64,000 nt of DNA. Source: Candidatus Multivoradales bacterium. GTDB taxonomy: Bacteria; Acidobacteriota; Thermoanaerobaculia; Multivoradales; J023. The notes under the pieces are model-generated. The model was not told the DNA's origin. It was given only the letters and a program-made list of their open reading frames with translations, and did no database searches. The stretch covers positions 2,293,354-2,357,353 of the forward strand of contig CBDFLE010000005.1 in NCBI GenBank assembly GCA_965248925.1, in the 5' to 3' direction. The position numbers and the translations under genes are program-made. Positions 48,660-61,400 of the stretch are shown one piece after another. Position 1 is the stretch's first letter. Every line of letters starts with the position of its first letter.

Positions 48660-49063
48660 CCGACCAATCTATCAGATCGTTTCTGGACGCCCTGGCTATT
48701 GTCCGCGAGCTATTCCGATCAGCCGCAATAGAACTTGAGAAGAGTGGAAAACTGAAAGATATACAGATATCAGTTTCGCCATTTCGAACAAGTAAAAACA
48801 CTAGTCTTACTATTTCTCTTGACGCGGACTTCGCGTTGCACCACAGGTCTGGAGCCCCTATCGGAATCTCTGTAAAACTTGAATCAGTAGGCACAAAGTG
48901 GCTACTTGAAGAGTACATTCACTTTCCAGACGGAGATCTTGATTGGTTTGATTACGAGGAGCGCGAGTACGAACTAAAGTCGGCCAGCAAGCTACTTGCT
49001 CTGCTACCTTGTTTTGCGAGACAGGCTCTGGCAACGTACAAGAAGGCAATAGAGTCCGCATAG
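48656..49063 (+). CDS. Putative immunity protein for toxin 2
   Basis: ATGA overlap with the toxin stop. Visibly AT-richer than the flanks; 135 aa. Confidence 0.8.
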   Translation: MTDQSIRSFLDALAIVRELFRSAAIELEKSGKLKDIQISVSPFRTSKNTSLTISLDADFALHHRSGAPIGISVKLESVGTKWLLEEYIHFPDGDLDWFDYEEREYELKSASKLLALLPCFARQALATYKKAIESA

Positions 49064-49125
49064 TCTCGCCGCAGCGCTGAGAGAGTTGAGAGTATCGTAG
49101 GGCGCTACACTCTTCGAATGTCATT

Positions 49126-49154
49126 TTCAAGAAATCGCTAAGTGAAACTATATT
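49126..49154 (+). promoter_or_regulatory. Candidate sigma70 promoter upstream of unit 3
   Basis: TTCAAG-17 bp-TATATT in an AT-rich intergenic stretch, ~60 nt before ATG 49213. Confidence 0.25.
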
Positions 49155-49212
49155 TGCCAATCGAAATAATAGGTGCCTGAATGGCTGCGTCGATTTTCCT
49201 TTCCAGACTGCT

Positions 49213-52200
49213 ATGCCTTCACTCATCAAACTCAGCGCCGCCGAGATCGTCGATCTAGCAGTGATCGACGATTCGCAGCTGACCGACGAAGTACGAGAGG
49301 TCCTCAACCAAGCCACCGTATCGAGCACTTCCCTGCCGGTGGTCCTATCCGACGACCCCGACCTTGGCGGCGATGCCGACCCGACCCTCACCCCGCTAGA
49401 ACACGCCCCACGCCTGGTGGCCGAGAAAACCGTCTCTCTCGACGCCGCCGATAGCGATGGCCGAGCCGGCCCTGGCGACCTGCTGCACTACACCTTGGTG
49501 TTGCGCAATCTCGGCGCTGGCGCCGCCACCGGCTTGCTGTTGAGCGATCCGATTCCGGCCCACACCAATGTCGTACCCGGCTCGGTCCTCAGCAGCCTGG
49601 GCACAGTGCTCAACGAACAGCCTCTAGAAGTGGCAATCAACGAGCTAGCCGCCGGAACGGTAGCGACGGTGAGCTTCTCCGTGCGCATCGATCAGCCCTT
49701 GGCCAATGGGTTTGAAGAGATCGTCAATCAAAGTACCTTGACCGCCGACGCCCAGCCCATTCTGCTGAGCGACGACCCGACCCTCGCCGGCAGCGCCGAT
49801 CCGACAGTCATCGCGGTGCTCACCGGCACTCCCAGACTGCTGCCCCGCAAAACCGCCCTACTCTTCGACGACCGCGACGGCGATGGCCTGCTGTCGCCCG
49901 GCGATGGCTTGCTCTTTCTGATCGAGGTTGGCAATCGGGGCGATGGTCTGGCCACCGGGCTGCGGCTCGAAGACTCCCTGCCTCCAGGTACCAGCCTAGA
50001 AGCCGGCTCGGTGCAGACTTCCCAGGGCACAGTGCTCAGCGAGCAGCCGTTGATCGTCGACCTCGGCCAGTTGGGCACCGGTGCCGAAGCCACCGTGACC
50101 TTGGTGCTGCGTATCGCCGAGCCCTTCCCCGCCGATCAACTGACGGTGGTCAACCAAGCACGGATCACCAGCGCCGAGCTACCTCTCTTGCTGACCGACG
50201 ATCCGACCACCAGCACGGTCGACGATGCTACCGTCCGCGAGGTGTTCATCACTCCGACGGTGTCTCTCAGCGACAGCTCAGTCTCCGAGAACAGTGGCCC
50301 GGCCAGCTTCGACCTACTGCTGTCGACCCCGCCCAATCGGCCCCTGTCAGTCGCCTGGCAGACCGCCGATGGCACGGCCAGCGCGGGCAACGACTACTTG
50401 GCCACCAACGGCAGCAGCGAGCTAGCCGCTGGCGAGACTGCCGCGGTGGTGGAAATCGAAATCGTCGACGACCAGCTCAACGAGCACGACGAGACCTTCC
50501 TACTTCAGTTGACGGCGGCCACCGGTGCAGTGATCGGCGATGGCGCAGGGCAAGCGACCATCACCGACCAGGATCCACCACCGGCCATCACCCTCGGCGA
50601 CGCCAGCACCTTGGAGGGTGATGCTGGAGCCACTCCGGTGGGACTCAAATTGCTGCTGTCGAACGCCAGCGGCCTCGACATCGCGGTCGACTACACCACT
50701 GTCGACGGCAGCGCCATCGGCGGCGAGGACTACCGTAGGAAGAGCAGCAGCCTAGCGATCGCCGCGGGCGAGACCAGCGCCACCCTCGAGGTCGAAGTGC
50801 TCGGCGACCTCAAGGATGAGCTCGACGAGAGCTTCGCGGTGCTAGTCACCTCGGCTTCGGGAGCCACCGTGGCCGACCCCAGCGGCACCATCGAGGTGAT
50901 CGACGACGACCAGACCCGCCTATCGGTCCTCGACCGCACCGTCACAGAAGGTGACGAGGGTAGCCGCGAAGCGGCCTTCGAGGTGCGCCTCAGCCACGAG
51001 AGCGACCGTCCGGTGAGCGTCGACTACCAAACCCGCGAGGACACCGCGCGAACCGGCGAGGATTTCCTGGCGACCCAAGACACCCTGCTGCTGGAGGCCG
51101 GCCGCATGCGAGCCGAGATCGCAGTGCCCGTGCTGGGCGACGAGATCTTCGAGCCCTTGGAGGAGACCTTCCACCTCGATCTGACCCATCCCATCGGCGC
51201 CGAGCTGGCCACCGCCAGCGCGCTAGGTACGATCCTCGACGACGAGCTCTGCGCCGGCCCCGAGCTGCTGCGCAATCCGGGGGCCGAGCTGCCCCTGCTA
51301 GGGAGCGATCTGCCCAACGAACAGGCACAGCTGGCGGTGTGGGTCCAGGTCGCTGGTGAGCATTGGTACCGGCGTGAGCAAGATCCGCTGGCGGCCGAGG
51401 GTGCCGCTTATTTCGCCGCTGGCCAGGCCGAGACAGCCGAACTGTCCCAGGTGGTCGACCTTAGCGGTTACAGCGAAGTGATCGCCCGCGGCGAGTTGCT
51501 GCTGGCCTTCTCCGGCCACCTGCGGACCGCCGAGGAACAGCCCTCGGACACCGCGCGGGTGGTAGTAGAGTACTTCGAGGAGGATGGGAATTTGGTGCTC
51601 GATAGCTTCGACAGCGGCGAGATCGTCAGTCCCTCAGAATGGCTGCGGGTAGAGGATCTACGCTTGGTGCCGGTCGGCACCGACCGAGTGCGGGTGCGAC
51701 TGCTCAGCAACCGCCTGGAGGGCGACACCAGCGATGGCTACTTCGACGCCCTTTCCCTGCGGGTCATCCGCCAACCGGTGGTCGAGATCGACGACCTACG
51801 GATCGCCGAAGGCCACAGTGCCAGCGCGGTCGGCGAGCTGTCCGTCCGGCTGAGCTGCGCAATCGATCGTCCGCTGAGCATCACTTGGGAAACCGTCGAT
51901 GGCACAGCGACGAGCGGCGTCGACTACATCGAAGCCCGCGGCACCCTGGAGCTGGCCAGTGGTACCGTCGGGGGTGTGATCGAGGTAGAGATTCTTGGCG
52001 ATACGGAGCACGAGCTGCACGAGGACTTCTTCGTCGAGCTGCGGGAGATCGAGCCCGCTGGGCTTGCGGTAGCGCCCCAGCCGCGGGGCCGGGTGAGCAT
52101 CCTCAACGATGATTTCTGCGCTCGCTCGCCAGGCTATTGGCAGCACCACAGCGACCTCTGGCCATTGTCGGAGTTGGCGTTGGGCGACCAGCAGATCGAT

Positions 52201-52470
52201 CAGAGCGGCACTCTGGCGCTGCTGCAATATGGCGGCTCGGACGCCGCCAGCAAGCTCGCTCGCCAGTTGATTACCACTGAGTTGAATCTGGCCGTGGGCT
52301 CCGATCCGCTAGACATCTTGGCAACCGTCGAAGCCGCCCATGCCTTCCTTGCAGACTGGCCGCCAGGCAGCCGCCCCAGAGGCCCAGACCGAGCCGAGGC
52401 CAACCGGCTAAAAGACATCCTCGACGCCTACAACAATCCCGGCTGCACGCCGGTTGCGGTGCTCCCATGA
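49213..52470 (+). pseudogene. 5'-truncated copy of the giant gene (last ~1065 aa: DUF11, Calx-beta, FBA-like, C-terminal domain) with a new 19-aa N-terminus
   Basis: Matches 21691-24892 from 49269 (offset 27578). The frame is open, there is no signal peptide, and the ATGA overlap with rhs copy 3 is retained. May still be translated. Confidence 0.85.
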
Positions 52471-55400
52471 ACTGCCCAACAACGCGGCCTCGCTTTGCTC
52501 GCAGCTTTCGGCGCTGGCTGACCAGCGCTGGAATTCTCCTGCTTGCCAGCGCCGTGCTTGCGACCGAGCCGCCTGCTGAGACTTCGCGCACCGCGCTAGA
52601 GACACGAATCCTCGACCAGCTAGCTCGCGGCCGGTCGATCGAGGGGCCGCTGGCGAGCTGGCGTTCGACCCGTCCAGTCTCGACCGAGGAATCGCCCACA
52701 AAGACTGCGCCTACCAGCCTCAACGAAGCGCTGGTAGAGCTGCGCCAGGCCCTACCCTCGAAGGCTAAGAGCCGCCTTGACACCTCTGCCCTTACTGCCG
52801 CCTGGGAGAGCTTCCAAGCCTGGGACCTGCTGCAAGGCGACCGCTTCGAACGCACCGCCGCCCGCCTCGATGCGGCCGGCCTCAGCGGCGAGCCCAGAGC
52901 CCGCCTAGAGCGGGTCCGCGGCGATTGGCAAGAGTTCCACGACCGCCTGAAGACCCTGCTCGCTGAGCCCTTGGCCAGTCTCCGAACGGCACAGAGAACC
53001 GAGCAGCCGGCCCTCAACGTAGCCGCCAAAGCCGCCGCCGAGCTGCTCGACACTTACCCGGCCACCCTTGACCGCCCAATGCTGCGGGCTACCAGCTTGC
53101 CCTATCGCCAGCTGCGCCTGCCGGCCCGTCTGCCAGTCACTGAACCGGCGATCGTGCCGAGCTATCTCGATCTCGCCGATCCCGGCTCCACGCCTACCGA
53201 CTTGGAGCCCAGCAGCGCCGCGCCGCTAGCTGATGAGATTCTCTTGCAGGCTGAAGAGCTGGGCTACGACTATGTGGCGATCTACGAGTTCGTTCGCCAC
53301 CAGATCGCCACCGAGTGGTACGCCGGCAGCATGAAAGGCGCGCTCGGCACTCTACGCCAGGGAGCCGGCAACGATGTCGACCAGGCGAGTCTGCTGATCG
53401 CCCTCTACCGCGCCAGCGGAGCGGCGGCGCGCTACGTCGGCGGGGTGATTGAATTGCCGCTGCCCTGGCTCAACACCCAGCTGGGCCTTGACGACGGCAC
53501 TGCGGTGGCCGACTACTTGGCTCGCGCCGGTATTGCCCACCGGCCAGTGATTCGCGGCGGTCGTATCGCCGCCTTCGATGTCGAGCACACCTGGGTCAGC
53601 GCTCACGTGCCCTACAGCAATTACCGTGGCTCGGTGGTCGACTTCTCAGGCCGTAGCTGGATCCCGCTGACGCCGGCTCTGGAACCGGTCGAGAGACAGC
53701 CATCCACCGAGGTACTGGCCTCGATGGGCTTCGCGGCCAACGATTTCGTCACCGAGATGCTGAGCGCGGCCCAGCTCGAGACCCCGCTGAGCTTGCTGCG
53801 CCAGCGAGTCGAGCAATACCTGCTGGACACCGATGGCGGCACCTACGCCGAGCAACTCGGCTCGGTGACCTCTACCGGCCAACCCCTCGGCCTGCTGCCC
53901 AACGGCTTCTATCATCCAGTTCTGGCGGTAACCTTCGAAGACTCCGAGCTACCGGCGAGCGCCCGCCACCGGCTGCGATTGATCACCCGCGGCGAGACCA
54001 CGGCAGGCTCGCCAGCCATCCTCGATCACCAGCTAGACCTACACCAAGCTCTCGGTCGACGTCTGACTCTGTCCTACGCCCCGGCAACCTCCGACGATCA
54101 CCTGATTATCAACCTCTGGGGCGGCCTGGCAGAAGTACCACCTTTCCTGGTGCGGCTGCGGCCCCAGCTCTATATCGACGGCCGCCGCATCGCCGTCGGC
54201 GAGCCGGTGGACGCCGCCAAGCTGCATCGTTTCGAAGCAGTAGTCGAAGGGCCGTTTGGCAGCCAAGAGATCAGCCAGATCGTCCTATCAGGCGCCTATC
54301 ACGCCATCGCTGTGGGCGGTCAGCACTTCCAGGCCACCGAGCTGGCGGACAACGACCCAGGCGACGGCGAGCAGCTCGCCGCCCGCCTGCTGAGCGGCCT
54401 CGCCTACAGCTATGGTGCCGATTGGGACGCCGCTGAGACCGAGATTGGCGGCCTCTTAGCCGTGAGCCCGGCACGGCCGCTGCCGGCGCTGGTCATCGCC
54501 AGCAACTCCTTGCGCGCCGAATTACTGCTGGGAGTGCCGCAGCGGTTGATCTGGGAAGGCGTCACCCTCGACGCCGCGCTGCGCGTCGCTGAACCCGCAG
54601 CTCGTGACGGCTCCACCGAAACCGCCGCCGACTGGATGCGCCTGGCGGCGCTCGAAGGCTCGGCGCTGGAGCAGGCGATTTTCGAAGGACAATTCCAGGT
54701 CGCGGCAATCTCGGCCGACAGGGGCCTGGCCCTGGCCCGCGACTCGGGCATCGAGGTGCTACGCCTCGACGCTGGCAATCTGACCGCCGAGCTGCCCAGC
54801 CTGAACCACCCTCAAACCGTGCGTGACGACGTGGTCGCCCTCATCGCCCAAGGGCTGACGGTCGAGATCCCCCGCCAGCCGATCTCCGTCAGTGCCTGGA
54901 CCGGCTCGACATGGCGAGCCGAAGATCCAGAGAGCGGCACGGCCGGCTACTTCCTCTCCGGCGGCCTGGCCGGTGGCGCCACCGTCGAGGCGCCTGAGAA
55001 CTGGCTGCTGGGCTTCCTCGCCGATGCCCTGGCCGCGCCCATGTCAGACTCCCCCAACACCGATCCTCTCGCTGGCGTCGAGCTACTCGTCGCCGAGGGT
55101 ACTGACAGCCAGCTCGGCACCGTCGACAGGGTCTATCGTCACCCTCTGGCGGTGCGCGTGCTCGACGCGGCCGGCCGACCGGTCCAGGGCACCGAAGTCA
55201 CCTTCTACATCTGGGCTGGCGACGGCCGGCTGCTCGACACCCAGAACCAAGAATCCACCAGCCTCACCCTACGCAGCGACGCCCGTGGAATGGCCCGCGT
55301 CAAGTTACGTTCAGGAAAGCACACCGCGGCTAACCCCCTCTTCCTTCGTCGCTTCGACAGCGACATCTTCCAAACCCGAGTGCTGGAGAACGTGGTCGAG

Positions 55401-58400
55401 GCGGTGGCCAGCTCCAGACTCGGCAATCTGGTGCTGCGCCAGCCGATTTCCTCGGTCGCCTTCCCCCAGGATCCGGCGGCTCTGCGCCGCACCAACCGCG
55501 ACGACAGCCAGGGCACCGACCTCACCGTGCTGCACGGCCTGTGGCAAGACACCCTGGCGATCGCCGTCGAGGATCCGCACGGCAACCCGGTGGCCAACCA
55601 AGACGTGGCTTTCACCAACACCGTCTTCGTCGCCCCTGGCATCACCTGCACCAACGCTCCGCCGGACCCCACCCCAGGTGCCTTCTTCGACGCCTCAATC
55701 GACTCGATCACCGGTGGCTTCACCGGCTGCCCGGTCACTACGCCCCGTTTCGGCGATTGCGGCAGCTCCGATTTGACCCTGAGAACGACCTCCTCGGGTC
55801 AGGTCTCGGCCGGTTTCATCGCCGGCCCCAGCGCCATTACCAGCTACCCGGCAACCGTCAGTTCAGCCGCCTTGCCACCGCTGTCTTACGAGTACAGCAT
55901 TTCCTTCATCAACAACACGGGCCTCAACCACGACCACTGCGGGCCGCTGGCACAGCGCTTCGTGCGCACTTTCGGGTTCTTCGCCGACGCCGCCGGCCAG
56001 CCCAGCTCGGCAGTGCGAGCCGGCCAGGTCTACGACCCACCGGTCGGAGTCGAGGCCCTCGAATGGGTGCCCGAGTGCCAGGGGATAGGGATCGCCGACC
56101 CCAGCCCGGGGGGACCGCTGTTCTTCCTGGTCTGCAACGAGCTACGAGGCGAGTGGCGACCCGCCTATTTCTACCAGGACGGCAGCCATCCGCTGGCGGT
56201 TGAACTGCTGCCCGCCGGCACCACCACGCCGCCACAGATCGACAACCTCCTCGGCCGCCTCGAGAGCCGGCTGCAAGCCGGCCTCGACCCAGCCTTGCAC
56301 ACTGCTCGGGTGTCGCTACCAGTGCTGCCCAAGAGTCCCTACCTCGACGACTTCAATGGCGAAGTCACTGTGCTCGAAACCCCCGAGGACTACCTCGCCG
56401 TCGGCCTGCTCGACATTGCCCTCGGACTGATCGCCAACATCGACCAAGAAATCGGCAGTCTGTGGGGGGTGCAAGCTCAGATCACCAGCTTCGAGCCGCC
56501 TATCGTGCCCCTCGACGACGACGGCCTCGCAGCTGAGCCGGTAGCGGTGAGCTACCAGATCGCGCCGGCCGAGTATCAGCCCACTAGTGCTTTCGTCGAG
56601 CTGCTGCGCGACGGCCAACAGGTCGACCTCTTGCGCGGCCAGAGCATCGCTGGAGAAGGTCTCGCCGAGCTGCCCCGCGGCCTTGAGCTGGGCCTCGACG
56701 GTCTGTGGCAGGCCGAGCTGGTGCTCAATCTCGACACTCCGATCGAAGTACGCGGCGACCCCGTGCCGGTGCCCCTAGAGCAGCAGCTCTTCGCCGACTA
56801 CAGCCGCGCCTTGGCGGTGCGCCAGGATGTCGACCTGCTCAACCAGCGACGCTGCGCCCAGCCGACCCTCTTCAGCTTTGAGCTCAACCGCCCGGCCGAG
56901 GTCACCCTGATCGCCCGCCGGATCGAGAGCGTCGAGACCGACGGCAGCCTCAACACCGCCGCCGCCATCACCCTGATCGAAGCCGAGATGTTTGCCGACG
57001 GCGAGCACGGCGAGCCGATCAGCCCCACCGACCTGCCCCCCGGCGACTACCTGATCGAGCTGCGCGGCATCGACGCGGTGGATGGCTACGAGGAGGTCCG
57101 CGAGGTCCGGCTGAGTTCCGATTGGGACATCTCCGAAATACTGCCCATCGGCCATACCTTGGTCCACGGTGTCGACCTTTTCGATGGCCACCTCACCATC
57201 AGTAGAACCGATCTCGAAATCCCCGGCCGCGGCATCGGCCTGGCGCTGCGGCGCACCTATTCGAGCCTGGCGGTGTCGAGCGGCGGCCCCTTCGGCCTGG
57301 GCTGGAACCATCGCTACCAGTCGCGAGTCGTGATCACCCCCTGCGGCGAGGCCATCTTGATCGGCGGCGAGGGCTCGGGCCTGCGTTTCGTCGACGATGG
57401 CCAGGGCGGACTACGCCCGCTGCGCGGCTCTCACGGCACCCTGCGGGCCGACCCGGCTGACGGCGGCTTCGACTTCTTCACCACCTCCGGCAACCGCTTC
57501 CACTATCTCTTCTCGGAAGACAGCACCTGGCATTTGGCCTGGACCGAAGACCCCAACGGCAACCGCACCACCCTCACCTACATCGCCGGCGCCGATGGCC
57601 CCCTGCTGCGTCAAGTCACCGACTCCAGCGGCCGAGCCCTGGTCTTCGACTACCGCCAGGCTAGCTTCGCCGCCTGGGACGGGCCAGTGATCGAGCACAT
57701 CACCGGCCCTGGCGGCCTGGCGATGAGCTTCGATTACGACCGTTTCGGTAACCTGATCACCGCCCAGCGCGACAACCAGAGTCGCATCGAGCGCTACACC
57801 TACCAGACCCAGCCCAACGCCGGCCTGGAGCTGCGGCCGGTGATGACCTCGACGACCAATGGCCTCTCAGGCGCCAGCACCCAGTACACCTGGCAGAGCG
57901 GTGCCGTGGCCATCGAAGCCGGGCTGGCGATCGATGCTCTGCTGGTGGACTCGATCACCCACCCCGAGGGCGGCGTCACCACCTTCGACTTCGATCAACA
58001 GCTGCTCGGCAACGCCGCCACGCTAGAGCTAGAGACCACCGTCACCGATCGCCGCCAGCGGGCCACCACTTACCGCCTCAACCGCTACGGCAGCCCGGTG
58101 GTGATCGCCGACCCCCTCGGCCACACCACCCGCAAGACCTGGACCCCCGACGACGTGCTGATGCTCAGCCGCACCGACCAGAACGGGGTCGTCACCAGCT
58201 TCGAGTACGACCGGCACGGCAACCGGACCACCGAGCGCGTCGAGGTCACCGACGAGACCGGCACCCTGGTCACCCGCGAGCGCCTGAGCACTTACTTTCC
58301 GCCCTCAGCCTTTATCGCAGAAGGCATCAAAGACCACCTCAAGAGCCACACCGACGGCCGTGGCCACACCACCCAATTTGAGTACGACGCCCAGGGCAAT

Positions 58401-61400
58401 CTGACCCGCCAACACATCACCGTCATCGATGCCGAGGGCGCCGCCTCCACCGTCGAGAGCCGCCACACCTACTACTCAAACGGCGACCGCCGCACCACCA
58501 CCGATGCTCGCGGCCACGCCAGCACCTTCACTTGGGACACTTTCGGCAACCCGGCCACCGTGCGCGACCGCGAAAACGGCCTGACCACCTTCGCCTTCGA
58601 TTCACGAGGCCGCCAGCTCAGTCAGACCGACCCCAACAGCCACACCACCCGGCTGGCCTACGACGACCTAGACCGCCTGATCCTGCGCACCCTCGCCGAC
58701 GGCAGCGTAGAGCAGATCCAGCACGACGACATCGCCCGCACCCGCACCCAGATCGATCCCCGTGGCCACGCCACCCGGACCAGCTTCGATCTAGAAGGCC
58801 GGCCCATCGAGATCGTCAACGCCGAGGGCGGTCAGCAGCAGATGGAGTACGACCCAGAAGGCAACCTAACGCTAGAGAGCACCGTCTTCGACGCCACCAC
58901 CCTCCGCCACAACACCCTGCTGGTTTACGACGACGCCGGCCGCCTGATCCGTCGCGAAGAGCCCGAGGGCCGCACCACAGACCGAGAACTAGACCCAGCC
59001 GGCAACGTCCTGCGCCAGACCCTCGCCGACCGCGGCGACCCGAGCTTCACCCCCCGCGTCACCGAGACCGACTACGACCGGCTCAACCGCCCCATCGAGA
59101 CCCGACGCCTGCTCGACGCCGGCTTCATCGCCGGCCAGATCGCCTTCGATCTGGAAAACAACCCCGTCCACAGCACCGACCCTCTCGGCCGAGTGACGAC
59201 GATCACATTCGACGCCCTCGACCGCGAGATCGAGCGCACCGAGCCCGAGTGGAAAGCCGGCACCCCGAGAGTCAGTCAACGTTTCTGGGACGGCAACGGC
59301 AACCTGATCAAGACGGTGCTTTTCAACGAGCCCGAAAACCAGATCCGCGAGACCACCTACGATCGCCTCAACCGCCCGATCCGCCAGCTCGACGCCACCG
59401 GCGAGCTGCGGACGATGGAATACGACCCGGCAGGAAATCTGACTGTCAAGATCGACCGCCGCGGCCACCGCACCGAGCACCAATACGACGAACGCAACCG
59501 CCGCATCAAAACCACCGTCAAGCTCGCCGCTGGCAACGCCATCACCGAATTCACCTTCGATCCCTCAAGCAACCTGATCGAGCGGCTCCAGCCCAACCAG
59601 AACCGCATCACCCACACCTACGACCCGCTCAATCGCCGTCTCACAAGCGACGATCGCGAAGGCCAGCTCAGCCAGACCGGCTACGACGCTCGCGGCGTCC
59701 CCATCCGCCAAGAAGACGCCAACGGCAATGTCACCCTCAGCCAGTTCGACGGCCTCGGCCGCATGATCCGCCAGGATCAGCCCGAAGACCGCACCGTCCT
59801 ACAAACCTACGATGTAGCCGGCAACCGCCTAGCCACCACTAACCCCCGCGGCCACGCCACCACCGCCCGCTTCGACACCCTCAACCGTCAGATCGAAGAA
59901 CTCTCGCCAGCCCCCTTCAACTACCTGCGCCAGATGACCTGGGACGACGCCGGCAACCTGCTCTCAGAAACCGACCGCCGAGGCAACACCACCGAATTCA
60001 CCTACGACGACCTCGACCGCCGGATCACCCGGCTAGAACCACCCGTCCTGAGCGACGGCTCCGAGGTCCGCTACCTCACCACTTGGGCCCAGGACACCGC
60101 CGGCAACCAGCTCACCGAGGTCGACCCCCGAGGCATCCTCACCGAGAACCGCTGGGACGCCGAGAACCGCCGCACCCACACCCTGCGCGCCAATCTGCTC
60201 ATCGAGCAGGTTGAGTTTGATGCCGCCGGCAACCGAACGAAAATCTGGGATGCCAACCGCAACCTAGCCCAATTCGACTATGACGAACGCCAGCTCATCA
60301 TCACCGAGCGCCGCCCCCTCGGCGCCACCACCACCTTCACCCGCGACAGTATGGGCGACGTAATCCGCCGCCAAGACCCAGCCGGCAGATTCACCGATTC
60401 CACCTTCGACTTCCGCAGGCGCAAGCTCACCAGCACCCGCTTTGGCGAAGGAAATCGCCCCGAAACCACCACTTCCTCTTACGATTCCCAGGGCAACCGC
60501 ATCGGCAAGCTGCGCCCCGAGGGCAACGCCTGGACTTACAGCTTCGACGGTGCCCACCGCCTCACCGAAGTCGAAGACCCCGACGGCGATCTCACCACCT
60601 ACGAACTCGACCAAAACGGCAACCTCATCACCCAGATCGACGCCGCCAGCCAACCCACCACCTACACTTGGGACGAGCTAGACCGCCGCACCTCCATCAC
60701 CCAGGCCGACGGCGCCACCGAGACCTTTACGTTCGACGAAAACGGCAACCTCGCCCAACACCGAGACGCCAAAAACCAACTCTTCACCCGCACCCACGAC
60801 TCGCTGAATAGGGAAATCGTCCTTCAGTACCCCGAAGACCCCTCCACCGACGACGACCTCGAGCAGATCACCACCACCTGGGACGCCAACGGCAACCACC
60901 TCCAAACCGCCGAACACTTCACGCAAACGGGGGAACTCACCACCACCCAGACCTGGGACGATTTTGATCGCCTAGCCACCCGAACCGACCGCTGGGACAA
61001 CACCCTCATTCACGGCTACGATCTCAACGGCAACCGCACCCTGCTCATTGACCCGGCGGGCATCCCAACCACCACCACCTTCGACGCCCTCAACCGAGTC
61101 GACACCGTCACCACCCCCGGCGGAGTCACCGACTATCAGTACCTCGCCAACAGCCTGCTCAGCCAGATCGACTATCCCAACGGCACCACCAGCACCTGGC
61201 AATACGATCCCGCCAACCGCATCAGGGACCTCGACCATCGCCAGAACACCGCCCTGATCTCCAGCTTCCAATACCAGTACGACCACAACGGCAACCGCAC
61301 TGAGCAGATCGAGACCCACACCAGCCAGCCAGCCGAAACCACCATCTACGCTTTCGATCCAGTAGACCGCCTCGCCACCGTCGCCTACCCCGAGAAAACC

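Noticed and set aside
47561-48667. 368-aa antisense ORF over CT2, and other long Arg/Pro-rich alternate-frame ORFs (e.g. 30954-31991, 58532-59842)
   Set aside because: These are expected by-products of high-GC codon bias in the real genes and show no protein-like motifs.
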